DNA of 64,000 nucleotides from Alphaproteobacteria bacterium (GCA_963422645.2 CAXXVO010000007.1:160001-224000); one strand, 5' to 3'; shown: positions 40,351 to 53,215, counted from the stretch's first letter. The notes: generated by a model from the letters alone, not told the origin. Made by a program: numbers and translations.

Positions 40351-41307
40351 GTGCCGAGGCACGCTCCAGTCGAAGACGGACCCTTGATCCTGGTGATCGG
40401 CGGCCCGACGGCGAGCGGCAAGTCGGCACTCGCGGCCGATGCCGCCGAGCGCCTCGGCGGTGTGGTCGTCAATGCCGACAGCATGCAGCTCTACCGCGAT
40501 CTGCCGATCCTGACGTCGTGCCCGGACGAAGCGCTCCGCGCGCGTGCGCCGCACCGCCTCTACGGCGTGCTCGACGGCGCAGAGCGCTGCTCGGCTGGCC
40601 GCTGGCGCAGCATGGCGATGGCCGAAATCGAACGCATCAACGGGGACGGCGCGCTGCCGATTCTGGTTGGCGGGACGGGGCTTTACCTGCGGGCGCTGCT
40701 TGACGGCCTGGCGCCGGTGCCGGCGATTCCCGAGCTTGTGCGCGAAGCGGTCCGCACGCTCTATGAGCGGGAGGGCAGCGTCGGCCTCCATGCGCGTCTT
40801 GCCGAACGCGACCCGGAGGCCGCCCGGCGCCTCGAACCCGGAGATAGCCAGCGCGTGATGCGGGCCTACGAAGTGATCGAAGCCACCGGGCGCTCGCTGC
40901 TCTCGTGGCAGGCGGAGCGGCATGATCGCTACCCCGGCCGCGCGGCAGTGCTCGTCCTCGAGCCGCCGCGGGATGCGCTTTATGACGCCTGCAATGAGCG
41001 CTTCGAGCGCATGATGGCGGCAGGCGCGCTCGACGAGGTGGCGCACCTGCTCGCGCGCGCTTTGGATCCTGCCTTGCCGGTCATGAAGGCGGTGGGCGTC
41101 CGAGCCCTGCTCGATCACTTGAGCGGTGTCGCCAAGCTGGAGCGTGCGGTCGCACTCGGCCGGCAGGCGACACGGCGCTACGCCAAGCGCCAGACCACCT
41201 GGTTCCGCACCCAGATGCCGGACCAGGCTCGTATGCCAGACCGTTATCGCCCGGAATCGAAACGGGAATCTCTCGCCCTCGTCGAACGCCTGCTATTGAC
41301 CGGCTGA
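40351..41307 (+). CDS. miaA: tRNA dimethylallyltransferase
   Basis: GPTASGKS, NADSMQLY, VGGTGLY, TRRYAKRQTTWFR. Confidence 0.96.
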   Translation: MPRHAPVEDGPLILVIGGPTASGKSALAADAAERLGGVVVNADSMQLYRDLPILTSCPDEALRARAPHRLYGVLDGAERCSAGRWRSMAMAEIERINGDGALPILVGGTGLYLRALLDGLAPVPAIPELVREAVRTLYEREGSVGLHARLAERDPEAARRLEPGDSQRVMRAYEVIEATGRSLLSWQAERHDRYPGRAAVLVLEPPRDALYDACNERFERMMAAGALDEVAHLLARALDPALPVMKAVGVRALLDHLSGVAKLERAVALGRQATRRYAKRQTTWFRTQMPDQARMPDRYRPESKRESLALVERLLLTG

Positions 41308-41324
41308 GGGCGAAGGACTACTGT
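41296..41324 (+). promoter_or_regulatory. Putative sigma70 promoter of ilv operon, followed by a GC-rich hairpin in the leader (about 41363-41402)
   Basis: TTGACC-N17-TACTGT. Confidence 0.5.
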
Positions 41325-41425
41325 CCGCCCTCCAAACACGGGTGCGTACGCAGGCGCACCGCGGCGGGCCGGCCGACCCTGATGGAAGGGTGGGCCGCTT
41401 GCGCTTGTTCGGAGGGGAGATCGCC

Positions 41426-43222
41426 GTGACAACGGATGCCGAGGACCATGCCCCGGCAGAACTGAGCGGGGCCGAGCTAGTCGTTCGCACGTTGGTCGAT
41501 CTCGGCGTAGATGTCGTGTTCGGCTATCCCGGCGGCGCGGTCCTGCCCATCTACGACGCCATATTCAAGCAGAACGAGCTGCGCCACATCCTGGTGCGGC
41601 ACGAGCAGGGTGCGGTCCATGCCGCCGAAGGCTATGCGCGCTCCACTGGCAAGGTCGGCACGGTGCTGGTCACCTCGGGCCCCGGCGCCACCAACAGCGT
41701 CACTGGCCTCACCGACGCGCTGATGGACAGCATCCCGGTCGTCTGCCTGACCGGGCAGGTGCCGACTCACATGATCGGCAACGATGCGTTTCAGGAAGCC
41801 GACACGGTGGGGATCACCCGGCCCTGCACCAAGCACAACTATCTGATCAAGGATGTCGACAACCTTTGCCAGGTGATCCGCGAGGCCTACTACATCGCGA
41901 GCGCCGGCCGGCCCGGCCCTGTGGTCGTGGACCTGCCGAAGGACGTGGTTATGGCCAAGGCGCCCTACGTCCCCAATGGGGAGGCGCCGGGCAACGGATT
42001 GGAGCATCGCTCCTACCGACCCCAGCGCGTGCCCAATGCCGATGCGGTCAAGCGCACGGTGGAGCTGCTGGCGCGCGCCAAGCGCCCGCTCTTCTATGCC
42101 GGGGGCGGCGTCATCAACGCCGGGCCCGACGCCGCGCAGAGCCTGTCAGCGCTGGTGCGGCGCACGGGTTATCCCATCACCAACACGCTGATGGGGCTCG
42201 GCTGCTATCCGGGGTCCGATCCCCTCTTCCTCGGCATGCTCGGCATGCACGGCACCTACGAAGCCAACATGGCGATGGCCAAGTGCGACCTGATGATCGC
42301 GGTGGGCGCGCGCTTCGATGATCGCGTCACCGGCCGGCTCGCCGATTTCTCGCGTGGCTCGACCAAGGTGCAGATCGACATCGACCCCTCGTCCATCAAC
42401 AAGAACGTGCCGGTGGACATTGCCATCATTGGCGATGCGGGCCTCGCGCTCGATGCCATCCTGGCCGAGTGGGGGGCGAGCGGCGCAGAACGCGACGCCG
42501 GGGCTTTGGCGGCGTGGTGGCGGCAGCTGGATGCGTGGCGCGGGCGCGACTGCCTGCGCTACAAGAACTCCAGCAACACCATCAAGCCGCAATACGCGCT
42601 GCAGCGGCTCTACGAGGCCACCAAGGGGCGGGACGCCTACTTCACCACCGAGGTGGGCCAGCACCAGATGTGGGCGGCGCAGTTCCTCAAGTTCGAGGAG
42701 CCCAACCGCTGGATGACTTCGGGCGGCCTCGGCACTATGGGCTATGGCTTTCCCGCCGCGATGGGCGTGCAGGTCGCCCATCCCGACTCGCTGGTTATCG
42801 ATGTTGCCGGCGAAGCCTCGCTGCTCATGGTGATCCAGGAACTCTCGACCATGGTGCAGTACCGGCTGCCGGTGAAGACCTTCCTGCTCAACAACGAGTA
42901 CATGGGCATGGTGCGCCAATGGCAGGAGTTCTTCCACGGCGGCCGCTACGCCGAGAGCTACATGGATTCGCTGCCCGATTTCGTGAAGCTGGCGGAATCG
43001 TTCGGGGCCACCGGGCTGCGCGCCCGCCGCCCTGAGGAGGTGGACGCCGTGATCGAGGCCATGATCGAGACGCCGGGTCCCGTGATCGCCGACATCCGCG
43101 TCGACAAGGAAGAGAACGTCTTTCCGATGATCCCGGCCGGCGCCGCGCACTACGAGATGAAGCTCGGGCCCGAGCACGGCGAGCTCGAAGAGCGCTCGGA
43201 AGACGGGATGGTGCTCGTCTAG
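41426..43222 (+). CDS. ilvI: Acetolactate synthase large subunit
   Basis: FGYPGGAVLP, RHEQGA, TSGPGATN, MLGMHG, TSGGLGTMG, MVRQWQ. Confidence 0.95.
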   Translation: MTTDAEDHAPAELSGAELVVRTLVDLGVDVVFGYPGGAVLPIYDAIFKQNELRHILVRHEQGAVHAAEGYARSTGKVGTVLVTSGPGATNSVTGLTDALMDSIPVVCLTGQVPTHMIGNDAFQEADTVGITRPCTKHNYLIKDVDNLCQVIREAYYIASAGRPGPVVVDLPKDVVMAKAPYVPNGEAPGNGLEHRSYRPQRVPNADAVKRTVELLARAKRPLFYAGGGVINAGPDAAQSLSALVRRTGYPITNTLMGLGCYPGSDPLFLGMLGMHGTYEANMAMAKCDLMIAVGARFDDRVTGRLADFSRGSTKVQIDIDPSSINKNVPVDIAIIGDAGLALDAILAEWGASGAERDAGALAAWWRQLDAWRGRDCLRYKNSSNTIKPQYALQRLYEATKGRDAYFTTEVGQHQMWAAQFLKFEEPNRWMTSGGLGTMGYGFPAAMGVQVAHPDSLVIDVAGEASLLMVIQELSTMVQYRLPVKTFLLNNEYMGMVRQWQEFFHGGRYAESYMDSLPDFVKLAESFGATGLRARRPEEVDAVIEAMIETPGPVIADIRVDKEENVFPMIPAGAAHYEMKLGPEHGELEERSEDGMVLV

Positions 43223-43337
43223 GGCCCAGGACGCCGATCGAGCCGATTCATGACGCGAAACGCCAAGCCGCAGTCCGGCATGTCTGAGTGTCGGAACCGG
43301 CGCGACGCCCGCCTGTAGGCGACCGGAGGGAAGGGCC

Positions 43338-43844
43338 GTGACGGACGAGAGTGAGCGCCGCACGCTTTCCGTGCTCGTGGAGAACGAGCCCGGCGTGCTG
43401 GCGCGCGTCATCGGGCTGTTCTCGGGCCGCGGCTACAACATCGAGAGCCTGACCGTCGCCGAGGTCGAGCGCGACAAGCGCCTCTCGCGCATCAATCTCG
43501 TGACCTCGGGCTCGTCCATGGTGATCGAGCAGATCAAGGCACAGCTCGACCGGCTGGTGCCGATCCACAAGGTCTCCGACCTCGGCAGCGAGGGCCCCTA
43601 CATCGAGCGCGAGCTCGCGCTCATCAAGGTCGTCGCCACCGGCGAGAAGCGGGTCGAATCGCTCCGGATTGCGGACATCTTCCGCGCCCACGTGGTCGAC
43701 AGCGAAATCGATTCGTTCGTGTTCGAGATGACCGGAAAGGGCACCAAGATTGACGCCTTCATCCGGCTGATGACGCCGCTCGGGCTGACCGAGATATCGC
43801 GCACGGGCGTGGTCGCAATCACGCGCGGCAAGGGATCGATCTGA
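43338..43844 (+). CDS. ilvH: Acetolactate synthase small subunit
   Basis: VENEPGVLARVIGLFSGRGYNIESL ACT domain. Confidence 0.96.
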   Translation: MTDESERRTLSVLVENEPGVLARVIGLFSGRGYNIESLTVAEVERDKRLSRINLVTSGSSMVIEQIKAQLDRLVPIHKVSDLGSEGPYIERELALIKVVATGEKRVESLRIADIFRAHVVDSEIDSFVFEMTGKGTKIDAFIRLMTPLGLTEISRTGVVAITRGKGSI

Positions 43845-44906
<1,062 letters not shown>

Positions 44907-45066
44907 CGAGGCTTCGCGCGGGAACGGCACCGAGGCGAGGCCACAAATTCGTTGCTTCGCCCAACGGGTTGGGCGTACAAGTTTCCGAACCGAGGCGGCG
45001 AATCGATCTTGTGCCGCACCGGAGGGCTGCCTATGTCGTGCAAATGGGGTCGAGGGCTATGGTCCG

Positions 45067-45171
45067 ATGACGGTGCCTACGGAGACTAAGCCGGAGGGCA
45101 CGCACCAATTGCGCGATGCTGCAGTTGCGGCACATTCCACCCTACGCGGGCTTCGACTTAGCTGCCCCTGA
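45067..45171 (+). promoter_or_regulatory. Putative leuA leader peptide (34 aa, ends LRGLRLSCP)
   Basis: uORF with Leu codons CTA/CTT/CTT near the stop. CCCCTG can pair with the downstream CAGGGG/CAGGG near the leuA RBS. Confidence 0.55.
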
Positions 45172-45243
45172 GCGGTTCGCCGTGCGTGATCGGCCGACCG
45201 ACCAGGGGAATGCGATGACTGTCGTAGCCGCCAGGGTGAAAGG

Positions 45244-46803
45244 ATGCCCGTTATGACCGAGACAGGGAACCGAGTCCGAATATTCGATACGACGATGCGC
45301 GATGGCGAGCAGTCGCCGGGCGCGTCGATGAATCTGGAGGAGAAACTCCGGATCGCCGAGATCCTCGAGGAGATGGGGGTCGACGTGATCGAGGCCGGCT
45401 TCCCCATCGCGTCAAACGGCGATTTCGAAGCTGTCCGCGAGGTCGCCAAGGTGGTGACCGAGAGCACAGTGTGCGGCCTGGCCCGCGCCGGGCGGCGGGA
45501 CATCGACCGCGCGGCCGATGCGCTTGCGCCTGCCAGGTCCGGCCGCATCCACACCTTCATCTCGACCAGCCCGCTCCACATGCGCGTCAAGCTGCAGATG
45601 GAACCTGAGGACGTGCATGCGGCGGTGATCGACAGCGTGAGCTACGCCCGCAAGTTCACCGACGACGTGGAGTGGTCCTGCGAGGACGGCTCGCGCACCG
45701 AGCACGACTTCCTCTGCCGCTGCGTCGAATCGGCGATCAAGGCCGGCGCCGGCACCATCAACATCCCCGACACCGTGGGCTACGCCGTGCCGCAAGAGTT
45801 CGCGGAGCTGATCGCCATGCTCTTCGACCGGGTGCCCAACATCGACAAGGCCGTGCTCTCGGTCCATTGTCACAACGACCTGGGCCTCGCCGTCGCCAAC
45901 TCGCTGAGCGCCGTGCAGGCCGGCGCGCGGCAGGTGGAATGCACCATCAACGGGCTCGGCGAGCGCGCCGGCAACGCCGCGATGGAAGAGATCGTCATGG
46001 CGCTCCGCACGCGCAACGACCTCATGAGCTACGAGACCGGCGTCAAGACCGAGAACATCATGCGCGCCTCGCGCCTGGTCTCGGCGGTGACGGGCTTCGT
46101 CGTGCAGCCGAACAAGGCGATCGTGGGCGCCAATGCCTTCGCCCACGAAGCGGGAATTCATCAGGACGGCGTCCTCAAGGACGCGCAGACTTACGAGATC
46201 ATGACGCCCGAATCGGTCGGCCTCATGCAGTCGACGCTCGTCATGGGCAAGCATTCGGGCCGGCACGCCTTCCGTGAGAAGCTGCGGAGCCTTGGCTACA
46301 CCGAGCTTGGCGATAATGCGCTTCAGGAAGCGTTCGTGCGTTTCAAGGACCTCGCCGACAACAAGAAAGAACTCTTCGACGAGGATATCATCGCGCTCGT
46401 GGACACTGAGGTGGCGGGCGCAAACGACCGCATCCGCTTCGGATCCCTCTCGGTGTCTTGCGGGTCGTCAGGACCGCAGGAGGCGTCTCTCACGCTTGCC
46501 ATCGACGGCGAGCAGGCAGAGGCACGCGCCAGCGGGAACGGCCCCGTGGATGCGGCTTTCAACGCCATCAAGGCGATTTACCCGCACGAAGCCAGGCTCC
46601 AGCTTTATCAGGTTCATGCGGTGACGGAGGGCACCGATGCCCAGGCCGAGGTGACCGTGCGGCTGGAGGAAAACGGGAGAACAGTGAACGGGCACAGTGC
46701 GCATATCGATACCATCGTGGCCTCGGTTCTGGCCTATGTGCACGCGCTCAACAAGCTTCTGGTCAAGCGGCAGAAGACGGCTCCGGAGGCGTTGTCAGCT
46801 TGA
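45244..46803 (+). CDS. leuA: 2-isopropylmalate synthase
   Basis: FDTTMRDGEQ, HCHNDLG, GERAGN, HEAGIHQDG, C-terminal regulatory domain GNGPVDA. Confidence 0.96.
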   Translation: MPVMTETGNRVRIFDTTMRDGEQSPGASMNLEEKLRIAEILEEMGVDVIEAGFPIASNGDFEAVREVAKVVTESTVCGLARAGRRDIDRAADALAPARSGRIHTFISTSPLHMRVKLQMEPEDVHAAVIDSVSYARKFTDDVEWSCEDGSRTEHDFLCRCVESAIKAGAGTINIPDTVGYAVPQEFAELIAMLFDRVPNIDKAVLSVHCHNDLGLAVANSLSAVQAGARQVECTINGLGERAGNAAMEEIVMALRTRNDLMSYETGVKTENIMRASRLVSAVTGFVVQPNKAIVGANAFAHEAGIHQDGVLKDAQTYEIMTPESVGLMQSTLVMGKHSGRHAFREKLRSLGYTELGDNALQEAFVRFKDLADNKKELFDEDIIALVDTEVAGANDRIRFGSLSVSCGSSGPQEASLTLAIDGEQAEARASGNGPVDAAFNAIKAIYPHEARLQLYQVHAVTEGTDAQAEVTVRLEENGRTVNGHSAHIDTIVASVLAYVHALNKLLVKRQKTAPEALSA

Positions 46804-46852
46804 ACGACGGGGTGGGCGTCGGCTGCTGCCTGACTGCCCCGCTGCCGTTTAG

Positions 46853-47908
<1,056 letters not shown>

Positions 47909-47964
47909 GTTTCCCGCTACGCGGGCCCGATTCGGAGTTCGCCGCGTACCGTATGGAGGTCTGA

Positions 47965-48846
47965 GTGAGGGTTGGCCGGGGGCGCAATCTTGTCCTGGCC
48001 GTGCCGGGCAGGGTCTTCGCCCAGCGCTTTGGCTACGCAATGCTGGCCTGCGCCGCGATCACCCTGATGATCCTGAGCCAGGCGGAACCGCGCGTGGTGG
48101 AGACGCTGCGCGTGGGCGTCGTCGATGCAGTGAGCCCAATTTTTGGCTTCTTCTCGCAGCCGGCGGCGACGATCGCCGGCGGGCTCAACGAGCTGGACGG
48201 CATCATGAGCGTTCACGAACGCAACGAGCAGCTGGCGCATGACAACGCCCAGCTCCGAAAGTGGCAGGCGGTGGCCGAGCAGCTGGGCTACGAGAACGAC
48301 GAGTTTCGCCGGCTCCTCAAGGTCGTGCCCGACCAGCGGGCGAGCTTCGTCACGGCCCGCGTGATCGCCGATTCGGGCGGACCCTTCATTCACATGGTCT
48401 TGGTCAATGCCGGCAAATCCCACGGCGTGCGCAAGGGCCAGGCGGTGGTCAACCACGACGGGCTGGTGGGACGTGTGTTGGAGGCCGGCCAGCACACGGC
48501 GCGCATCCTGCTGCTCACGGACTTAAACTCGCGGATTCCCGTGGTCCTTGAGGAGAGCCGGGACAGGACCATTCTGCGCGGCGACAACAGTCCGCATCCC
48601 TACCTGGCCTTCCTCGCGACAGACGCCAGGGTCAAGCCCGGCGATCGCATCGTGACCTCGGGCGAGGGCGGGATGTTCCCGCCGGCGCTCGATGTCGGGA
48701 TCGTCTCTGCGGTCGACAAGGACCGTGCGACCGTGCAGCCCTTCGTGGTCTGGGAGCGGCTCGATTTCGTCACCATCCTCGACTACGTGGTGCCGGGGGT
48801 CTTCCCCGAAACCCGCCGCGCCGAGCGTGCCGGGAGCCTCGAGTGA
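47965..48846 (+). CDS. mreC: Rod shape protein MreC
   Basis: TM, coiled coil, GLVGRV, LLTDLNSRIPV, GDRIVTSG.GG.FP. Confidence 0.93.
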   Translation: MRVGRGRNLVLAVPGRVFAQRFGYAMLACAAITLMILSQAEPRVVETLRVGVVDAVSPIFGFFSQPAATIAGGLNELDGIMSVHERNEQLAHDNAQLRKWQAVAEQLGYENDEFRRLLKVVPDQRASFVTARVIADSGGPFIHMVLVNAGKSHGVRKGQAVVNHDGLVGRVLEAGQHTARILLLTDLNSRIPVVLEESRDRTILRGDNSPHPYLAFLATDARVKPGDRIVTSGEGGMFPPALDVGIVSAVDKDRATVQPFVVWERLDFVTILDYVVPGVFPETRRAERAGSLE

Positions 48847-49364
48847 TGGGTGACTGGCTGCAATGGGCCGACCGCTCGCTGCGTGGCGCGATCCCCGTCA
48901 CCGTCACCGTGATACTTGTCTTTGCGGCGTCGCTCCCTTGGCGATTGCCGGCATTCGTCGAGGTCACGCCGGCCTTCGCGGTGATGGCGGTCTTCTACTG
49001 GACCATCTACCGGCCGGAGCGGTTCCCCTATGCGGCGACCTTCGGCATCGGCGTGCTTCAGGATCTCCTCGCCGGCACGCCGCTCGGCATGACGGCGCTC
49101 GCGCTTCTCATCGTTCAGGGCATCGTCGCCTCGCAACGAACCTTCTTCCGGGGCAAGCCATTCCTCGTCATATGGTGGGGCTTCTCCCTGGTCATGCCTA
49201 CGGTAGGATTGCTCAGCTGGATCATCAGCTCGGCCTGCTTGGGCGCGCCGCTTGTGCCGCCGTTGCCCATCGTCGTGCAGGTCTTGCTCACGCTGCTGCT
49301 GTTCCCGGTGTTCGTGCTGTTCTTCCGCCCTCTCGGCGTCCTCGCCGCCGCCCGGCCTGAGTGA
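48846..49364 (+). CDS. mreD: Rod shape protein MreD
   Basis: VFYWTIYRP, FGIGVLQDLLAGTPLG; hydrophobic; operon position. Confidence 0.9.
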   Translation: MGDWLQWADRSLRGAIPVTVTVILVFAASLPWRLPAFVEVTPAFAVMAVFYWTIYRPERFPYAATFGIGVLQDLLAGTPLGMTALALLIVQGIVASQRTFFRGKPFLVIWWGFSLVMPTVGLLSWIISSACLGAPLVPPLPIVVQVLLTLLLFPVFVLFFRPLGVLAAARPE

Positions 49365-49365
49365 C

Positions 49366-51249
49366 ATGCGGGGCGAAACCGGACGCGCCAACCTCTTCAC
49401 GCGTCGCGCGATTATCGTGGGCGGCGCACAGGCGCTGCTGACGGCCGGCCTCGCCGGACGCCTCTATCAGCTCCAGGTCGTCGACTCCGAGCGCTATCAG
49501 GTTCTCGCCGATGAGAACCGCATCAACATGCAGCTTCTGCCCCCCGCGCGCGGGCGCATCTTCGACCGCTTCGGCCAGGTCCTTGCCGAGAACCGGCTGA
49601 ACTATCGACTCATCGTGGTGCCTGAGGCGGCGTTGGACCTCGACAAGGCGCTCGACGAAATCGCGGCACTCGTACCGATCGAGGACCACGACCGCGAGCG
49701 GGTGCTGCGCGAAGCCCGGCGCAAGCAGCAATTCGTCCCCATTACGGTGCGAGAGCATTTGACCTGGGAGGAGGTCTCTCAGATCGAGGTCAACGCGCCC
49801 GATCTGCCCGGCGTGATGATCGACGTGGGCAGCCGCCGGCTCTACGCCTTCGGGCGCGATACGGTCCACATCGTCGGCTACGTCGGCGCAGTCAACGAAT
49901 CCGATTTGGAGTTGACGGACGATCCGCTGCTCACCCTCCCCGACTTCCGCATCGGCAAGAACGGTGCAGAAAAGGTGCTGGAGAGCTCGCTGCGGGGCGA
50001 AGCCGGCTCCCGGCAGGTCGAGGTGAACGCCTTCGGCCGAGTCATCCGTGAGCTCAATCGCAGGACCGGTCGGCCGGGCGACGACCAGATGTTGACCATC
50101 GACCTCGGGCTTCAGCAATACGTCGCGGCCCGTTTCGGAGACGAGAGCGGGTCGGCCGTGGTCCTCGATGTCCATTCGGGCGAAATCCTGGCGTTGGCAT
50201 CGATGCCGAGCTACGACCCCAACCTGTTCACCTCCGGCATCAGCCAGCGGCAATGGCGAGAGCTGATTGGCCATCCGCGCTTCCCGCTCAGCAACAAGGC
50301 GATCGCCGGCCAGTACTCGCCGGGCTCCACATTCAAGATGGTCGTGGCGCTGGCAGCTCTCGAAAGCGGCGAGTTGAGCCCCCATCACCGGTTCTACTGC
50401 AACGGATCGCTCAAGCTCGGGAAACGCCGGTTCCGCTGCTGGCGGCGCTATGGCCATGGGCATGTGGACATGGTGAAGGGCCTCAAGGAATCGTGCGACG
50501 TCTACTTCTACGAGGTGGCCAAGCGTGTCGGCATCGACCGCATTGCCACGATGTCGGAGCGCTTCGGTTTCGGCGAGAAACTCAACATCGAGCTGCCGGG
50601 GGAGAAGCCGGGCTTGGTGCCGACGCGCGAGTGGAAGCTCGCCATGATCGGCGAGCCCTGGCAGGGCGGCGAGACGCTGGTCGTCGGCATCGGCCAGGGC
50701 TACCTGCTCACCACGCCGCTGCAGCTCGCAGTGATGGTCGCGCGCATTGCCAACGGAGGCATCGCGGTCGAGCCCCGCATCCTGGCGGAGGTGATCCGCG
50801 AGGGGCAGCCGATTCAACAGGAGCGCGAGAACTTTGCGCCGATGGGCATTTCGCCCACCCACTTCAATATCGTCCGTGAGGGCATGCTGAAGGTGGTGAA
50901 CGATCCCAAGGGCACCGCCTATGGAGCGCGCATCGAGGAGCCGGCGCTTGCCATGGCCGGCAAGACAGGGAGCGTGCAGGTGCGGCGGATCTCCGAACGC
51001 GAGCACCGCGCGGGGGTGATAAGGAACGAAGACCGCCCGTGGGAGGAGCGCGACCACGCACTGTTCGTCGCCTACGCGCCATTGGAGCGGCCGCGCTACG
51101 GTGTCGCCGTCGTCGTGGAACACGGGGGCAGCGGCGGCTCCGTGGCGGCACCGATCGCCCGCGATATCCTACGCGAAGTGCAACGTCGTGACCCCTCGGC
51201 CCGCGCCCGCAATCTCGAGGCGATGACCCGACCGCACGAGACCGCCTGA
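49366..51249 (+). CDS. mrdA: Penicillin-binding protein 2
   Basis: PARGRIFDR, SxxK (STFK), SCD, KTG motifs. Confidence 0.95.
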   Translation: MRGETGRANLFTRRAIIVGGAQALLTAGLAGRLYQLQVVDSERYQVLADENRINMQLLPPARGRIFDRFGQVLAENRLNYRLIVVPEAALDLDKALDEIAALVPIEDHDRERVLREARRKQQFVPITVREHLTWEEVSQIEVNAPDLPGVMIDVGSRRLYAFGRDTVHIVGYVGAVNESDLELTDDPLLTLPDFRIGKNGAEKVLESSLRGEAGSRQVEVNAFGRVIRELNRRTGRPGDDQMLTIDLGLQQYVAARFGDESGSAVVLDVHSGEILALASMPSYDPNLFTSGISQRQWRELIGHPRFPLSNKAIAGQYSPGSTFKMVVALAALESGELSPHHRFYCNGSLKLGKRRFRCWRRYGHGHVDMVKGLKESCDVYFYEVAKRVGIDRIATMSERFGFGEKLNIELPGEKPGLVPTREWKLAMIGEPWQGGETLVVGIGQGYLLTTPLQLAVMVARIANGGIAVEPRILAEVIREGQPIQQERENFAPMGISPTHFNIVREGMLKVVNDPKGTAYGARIEEPALAMAGKTGSVQVRRISEREHRAGVIRNEDRPWEERDHALFVAYAPLERPRYGVAVVVEHGGSGGSVAAPIARDILREVQRRDPSARARNLEAMTRPHETA

Positions 51250-52397
51250 TGGCTCATCTGAATATCGGCAGCCGTCAGGGCTTTCGCATTGCCGAGAGGT
51301 TGCTCAGGCTCGACTGGTTCCTGATCGTGCTCGTCTGCACCATCGGAGCGGTCGGCATCGGCATGCTGATTTCCGCCTCGGGCGGTTCCACAGAGCCCTG
51401 GGCCTCGCGCCAGATGGTGTGGTTCGGTGCAGGCCTCCTGGTGATGATCGCGGTGGCGCTGATCGACATCGGCTTCTGGCTGCGCGCGGCGTACACGATT
51501 TACGGCCTGGCGTTCGCCCTGCTGATGGGTGTGGATCTGCTCGGCGCGGCAGGGAAGGGGGCGCAGCGTTGGATCGACCTGGGTGTGATCCAGCTTCAGC
51601 CGTCCGAGCTGATGAAGATCGCGCTGATCCTGGCGCTCGCTCGCTACTTCCACGGCGTCCCCCTGGATGGGCTCGGGCGTATCCGCACCTACCTCCCGCC
51701 GCTACTAATGATTCTCGCACCGGCCGCGCTGATCCTGCGCCAGCCCGATCTGGGCACCGCGCTGCTGCTCGCCATCGGCGGCGGGATCATGCTGTTCCTG
51801 GCCGGAATCAAGGCGTGGAAGATCGGTGTGGGCATTGCTCTCGCGCTCGGCTCAGGGCCCGTCGCTTGGCAGTTCCTGCACGAGTATCAAAAGGCGCGCA
51901 TTCTCACGTTCTTCAACCCCGAGGCGGACCCGCTCGGCGCGGGTTATCACATCCTGCAGTCGAAGATCGCGCTCGGCTCCGGCGGCCTGTTCGGCAAGGG
52001 ATACCTTCAGGGAACCCAAAGCCACCTCAACTTCCTGCCGGAGAAGCAGACCGATTTCATCTTCACGATGATGGCGGAGGAGCTGGGCTTCTTTGGCGTC
52101 GCCGGTGTGCTCCTGCTCTACCTCGGGATTGCCACCTACGGCGTAGTGATCTCGGCCCGAAGCAACAACCATTTCGGCCGTCTGCTGGGCATGGGCATCA
52201 CGGTCACGTTCTTCTTCCACGTGTTCTTCAATGTCGCGATGGTGATCGGACTGATCCCTATCGTCGGCCTGCCGCTGCCCCTGATCTCCTACGGTGGCAG
52301 CGCCATGCTGAGCCTGATGCTGGGACTCGGGCTGCTGCTTTGCGTCGGCGTTCACCGCGACGTCATCATCACGCGCCGCCCCGGTTCAGCCGGGTAA
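51249..52397 (+). CDS. rodA: Rod shape protein RodA
   Basis: GAQRWI, QPSELMK, QPDLGT, LPEKQTDFIF, LPLISYGGS. Confidence 0.96.
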   Translation: MAHLNIGSRQGFRIAERLLRLDWFLIVLVCTIGAVGIGMLISASGGSTEPWASRQMVWFGAGLLVMIAVALIDIGFWLRAAYTIYGLAFALLMGVDLLGAAGKGAQRWIDLGVIQLQPSELMKIALILALARYFHGVPLDGLGRIRTYLPPLLMILAPAALILRQPDLGTALLLAIGGGIMLFLAGIKAWKIGVGIALALGSGPVAWQFLHEYQKARILTFFNPEADPLGAGYHILQSKIALGSGGLFGKGYLQGTQSHLNFLPEKQTDFIFTMMAEELGFFGVAGVLLLYLGIATYGVVISARSNNHFGRLLGMGITVTFFFHVFFNVAMVIGLIPIVGLPLPLISYGGSAMLSLMLGLGLLLCVGVHRDVIITRRPGSAG

Positions 52398-52414
52398 GGG
52401 ACCGGATCGCTGGC

Positions 52415-53215
52415 TCAGACGATCGTCGCTTCCACGGCCCCCAGCCCCTCGATCTCGTAGACGAAGCGAACCCCCTCATCGGGGAACCGCGTTGCGAGCG
52501 TGCTGCCGGTCATCACAATCATGCCGCCTTTCAGCGTCAACCCGCGCGAGGCGAGCTGGTTGGCGAGCCAGACAAGAGAGTTCAGCGGGTTCCCCATGGC
52601 GGCGCCCGTGACCGCTGCAGCCGGCGGGGCGTCGTTGACCCTGAGTGAGACCGGCGTGTCGGCGAGGTCGAGCGAGTGCCAATCGGTGCTGGGCGGCCCC
52701 AGGACCACACCGGCGCACCAGGAATTATCCACGAGGATGGAGAGCGCGTCGACGTCGCCGTGGTCGGCATTGCGATCCTCGATCAGCTCGAAGGCCGGCA
52801 TGCAGGCGGCGACGCGGGCGCGCGCGTCGTCGAGGGCGAACGGCGCGTCCTCAGGCCGGAACTCGCTTCCGATCTCTACCGCAAGCTCGAACTCGATCCC
52901 GAGGTGGGTGTAGTCCGCGAGTGCGATCCGAGCGGGCGAGCGGTGCACCCCGGTATCGAACACCACACCGCTGATCGGCTGATCGCTCCCGTACATCGTC
53001 TGGATGGCCTCGGAGGTGAGGCCCACCTTGTAGCCGGCAGGCGCACCCCTCCCGGCCTCTGCGAATCGCCGGTTGAGGAGGTTCTGGACGCGGTATCCCT
53101 CGTCCAGGGACGCCGGTCGGTCGGCGCCCCGCGGGCGGCGGAACGGGCGGCCTTCGACGTTCTCGGCGAAAAGCCTATCGGCGAGCGCTGCCGCCCGATC
53201 ATGACTGTCGGTCAT
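52415..53215 (-). CDS. 2-keto-4-pentenoate hydratase / FAH family protein
   Basis: GYKVGLTS, IEFELA, PAFELIEDR, GNPLNSLVWLAN, VMTGS. Confidence 0.85.
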   Translation of the reverse strand: MTDSHDRAAALADRLFAENVEGRPFRRPRGADRPASLDEGYRVQNLLNRRFAEAGRGAPAGYKVGLTSEAIQTMYGSDQPISGVVFDTGVHRSPARIALADYTHLGIEFELAVEIGSEFRPEDAPFALDDARARVAACMPAFELIEDRNADHGDVDALSILVDNSWCAGVVLGPPSTDWHSLDLADTPVSLRVNDAPPAAAVTGAAMGNPLNSLVWLANQLASRGLTLKGGMIVMTGSTLATRFPDEGVRFVYEIEGLGAVEATIV

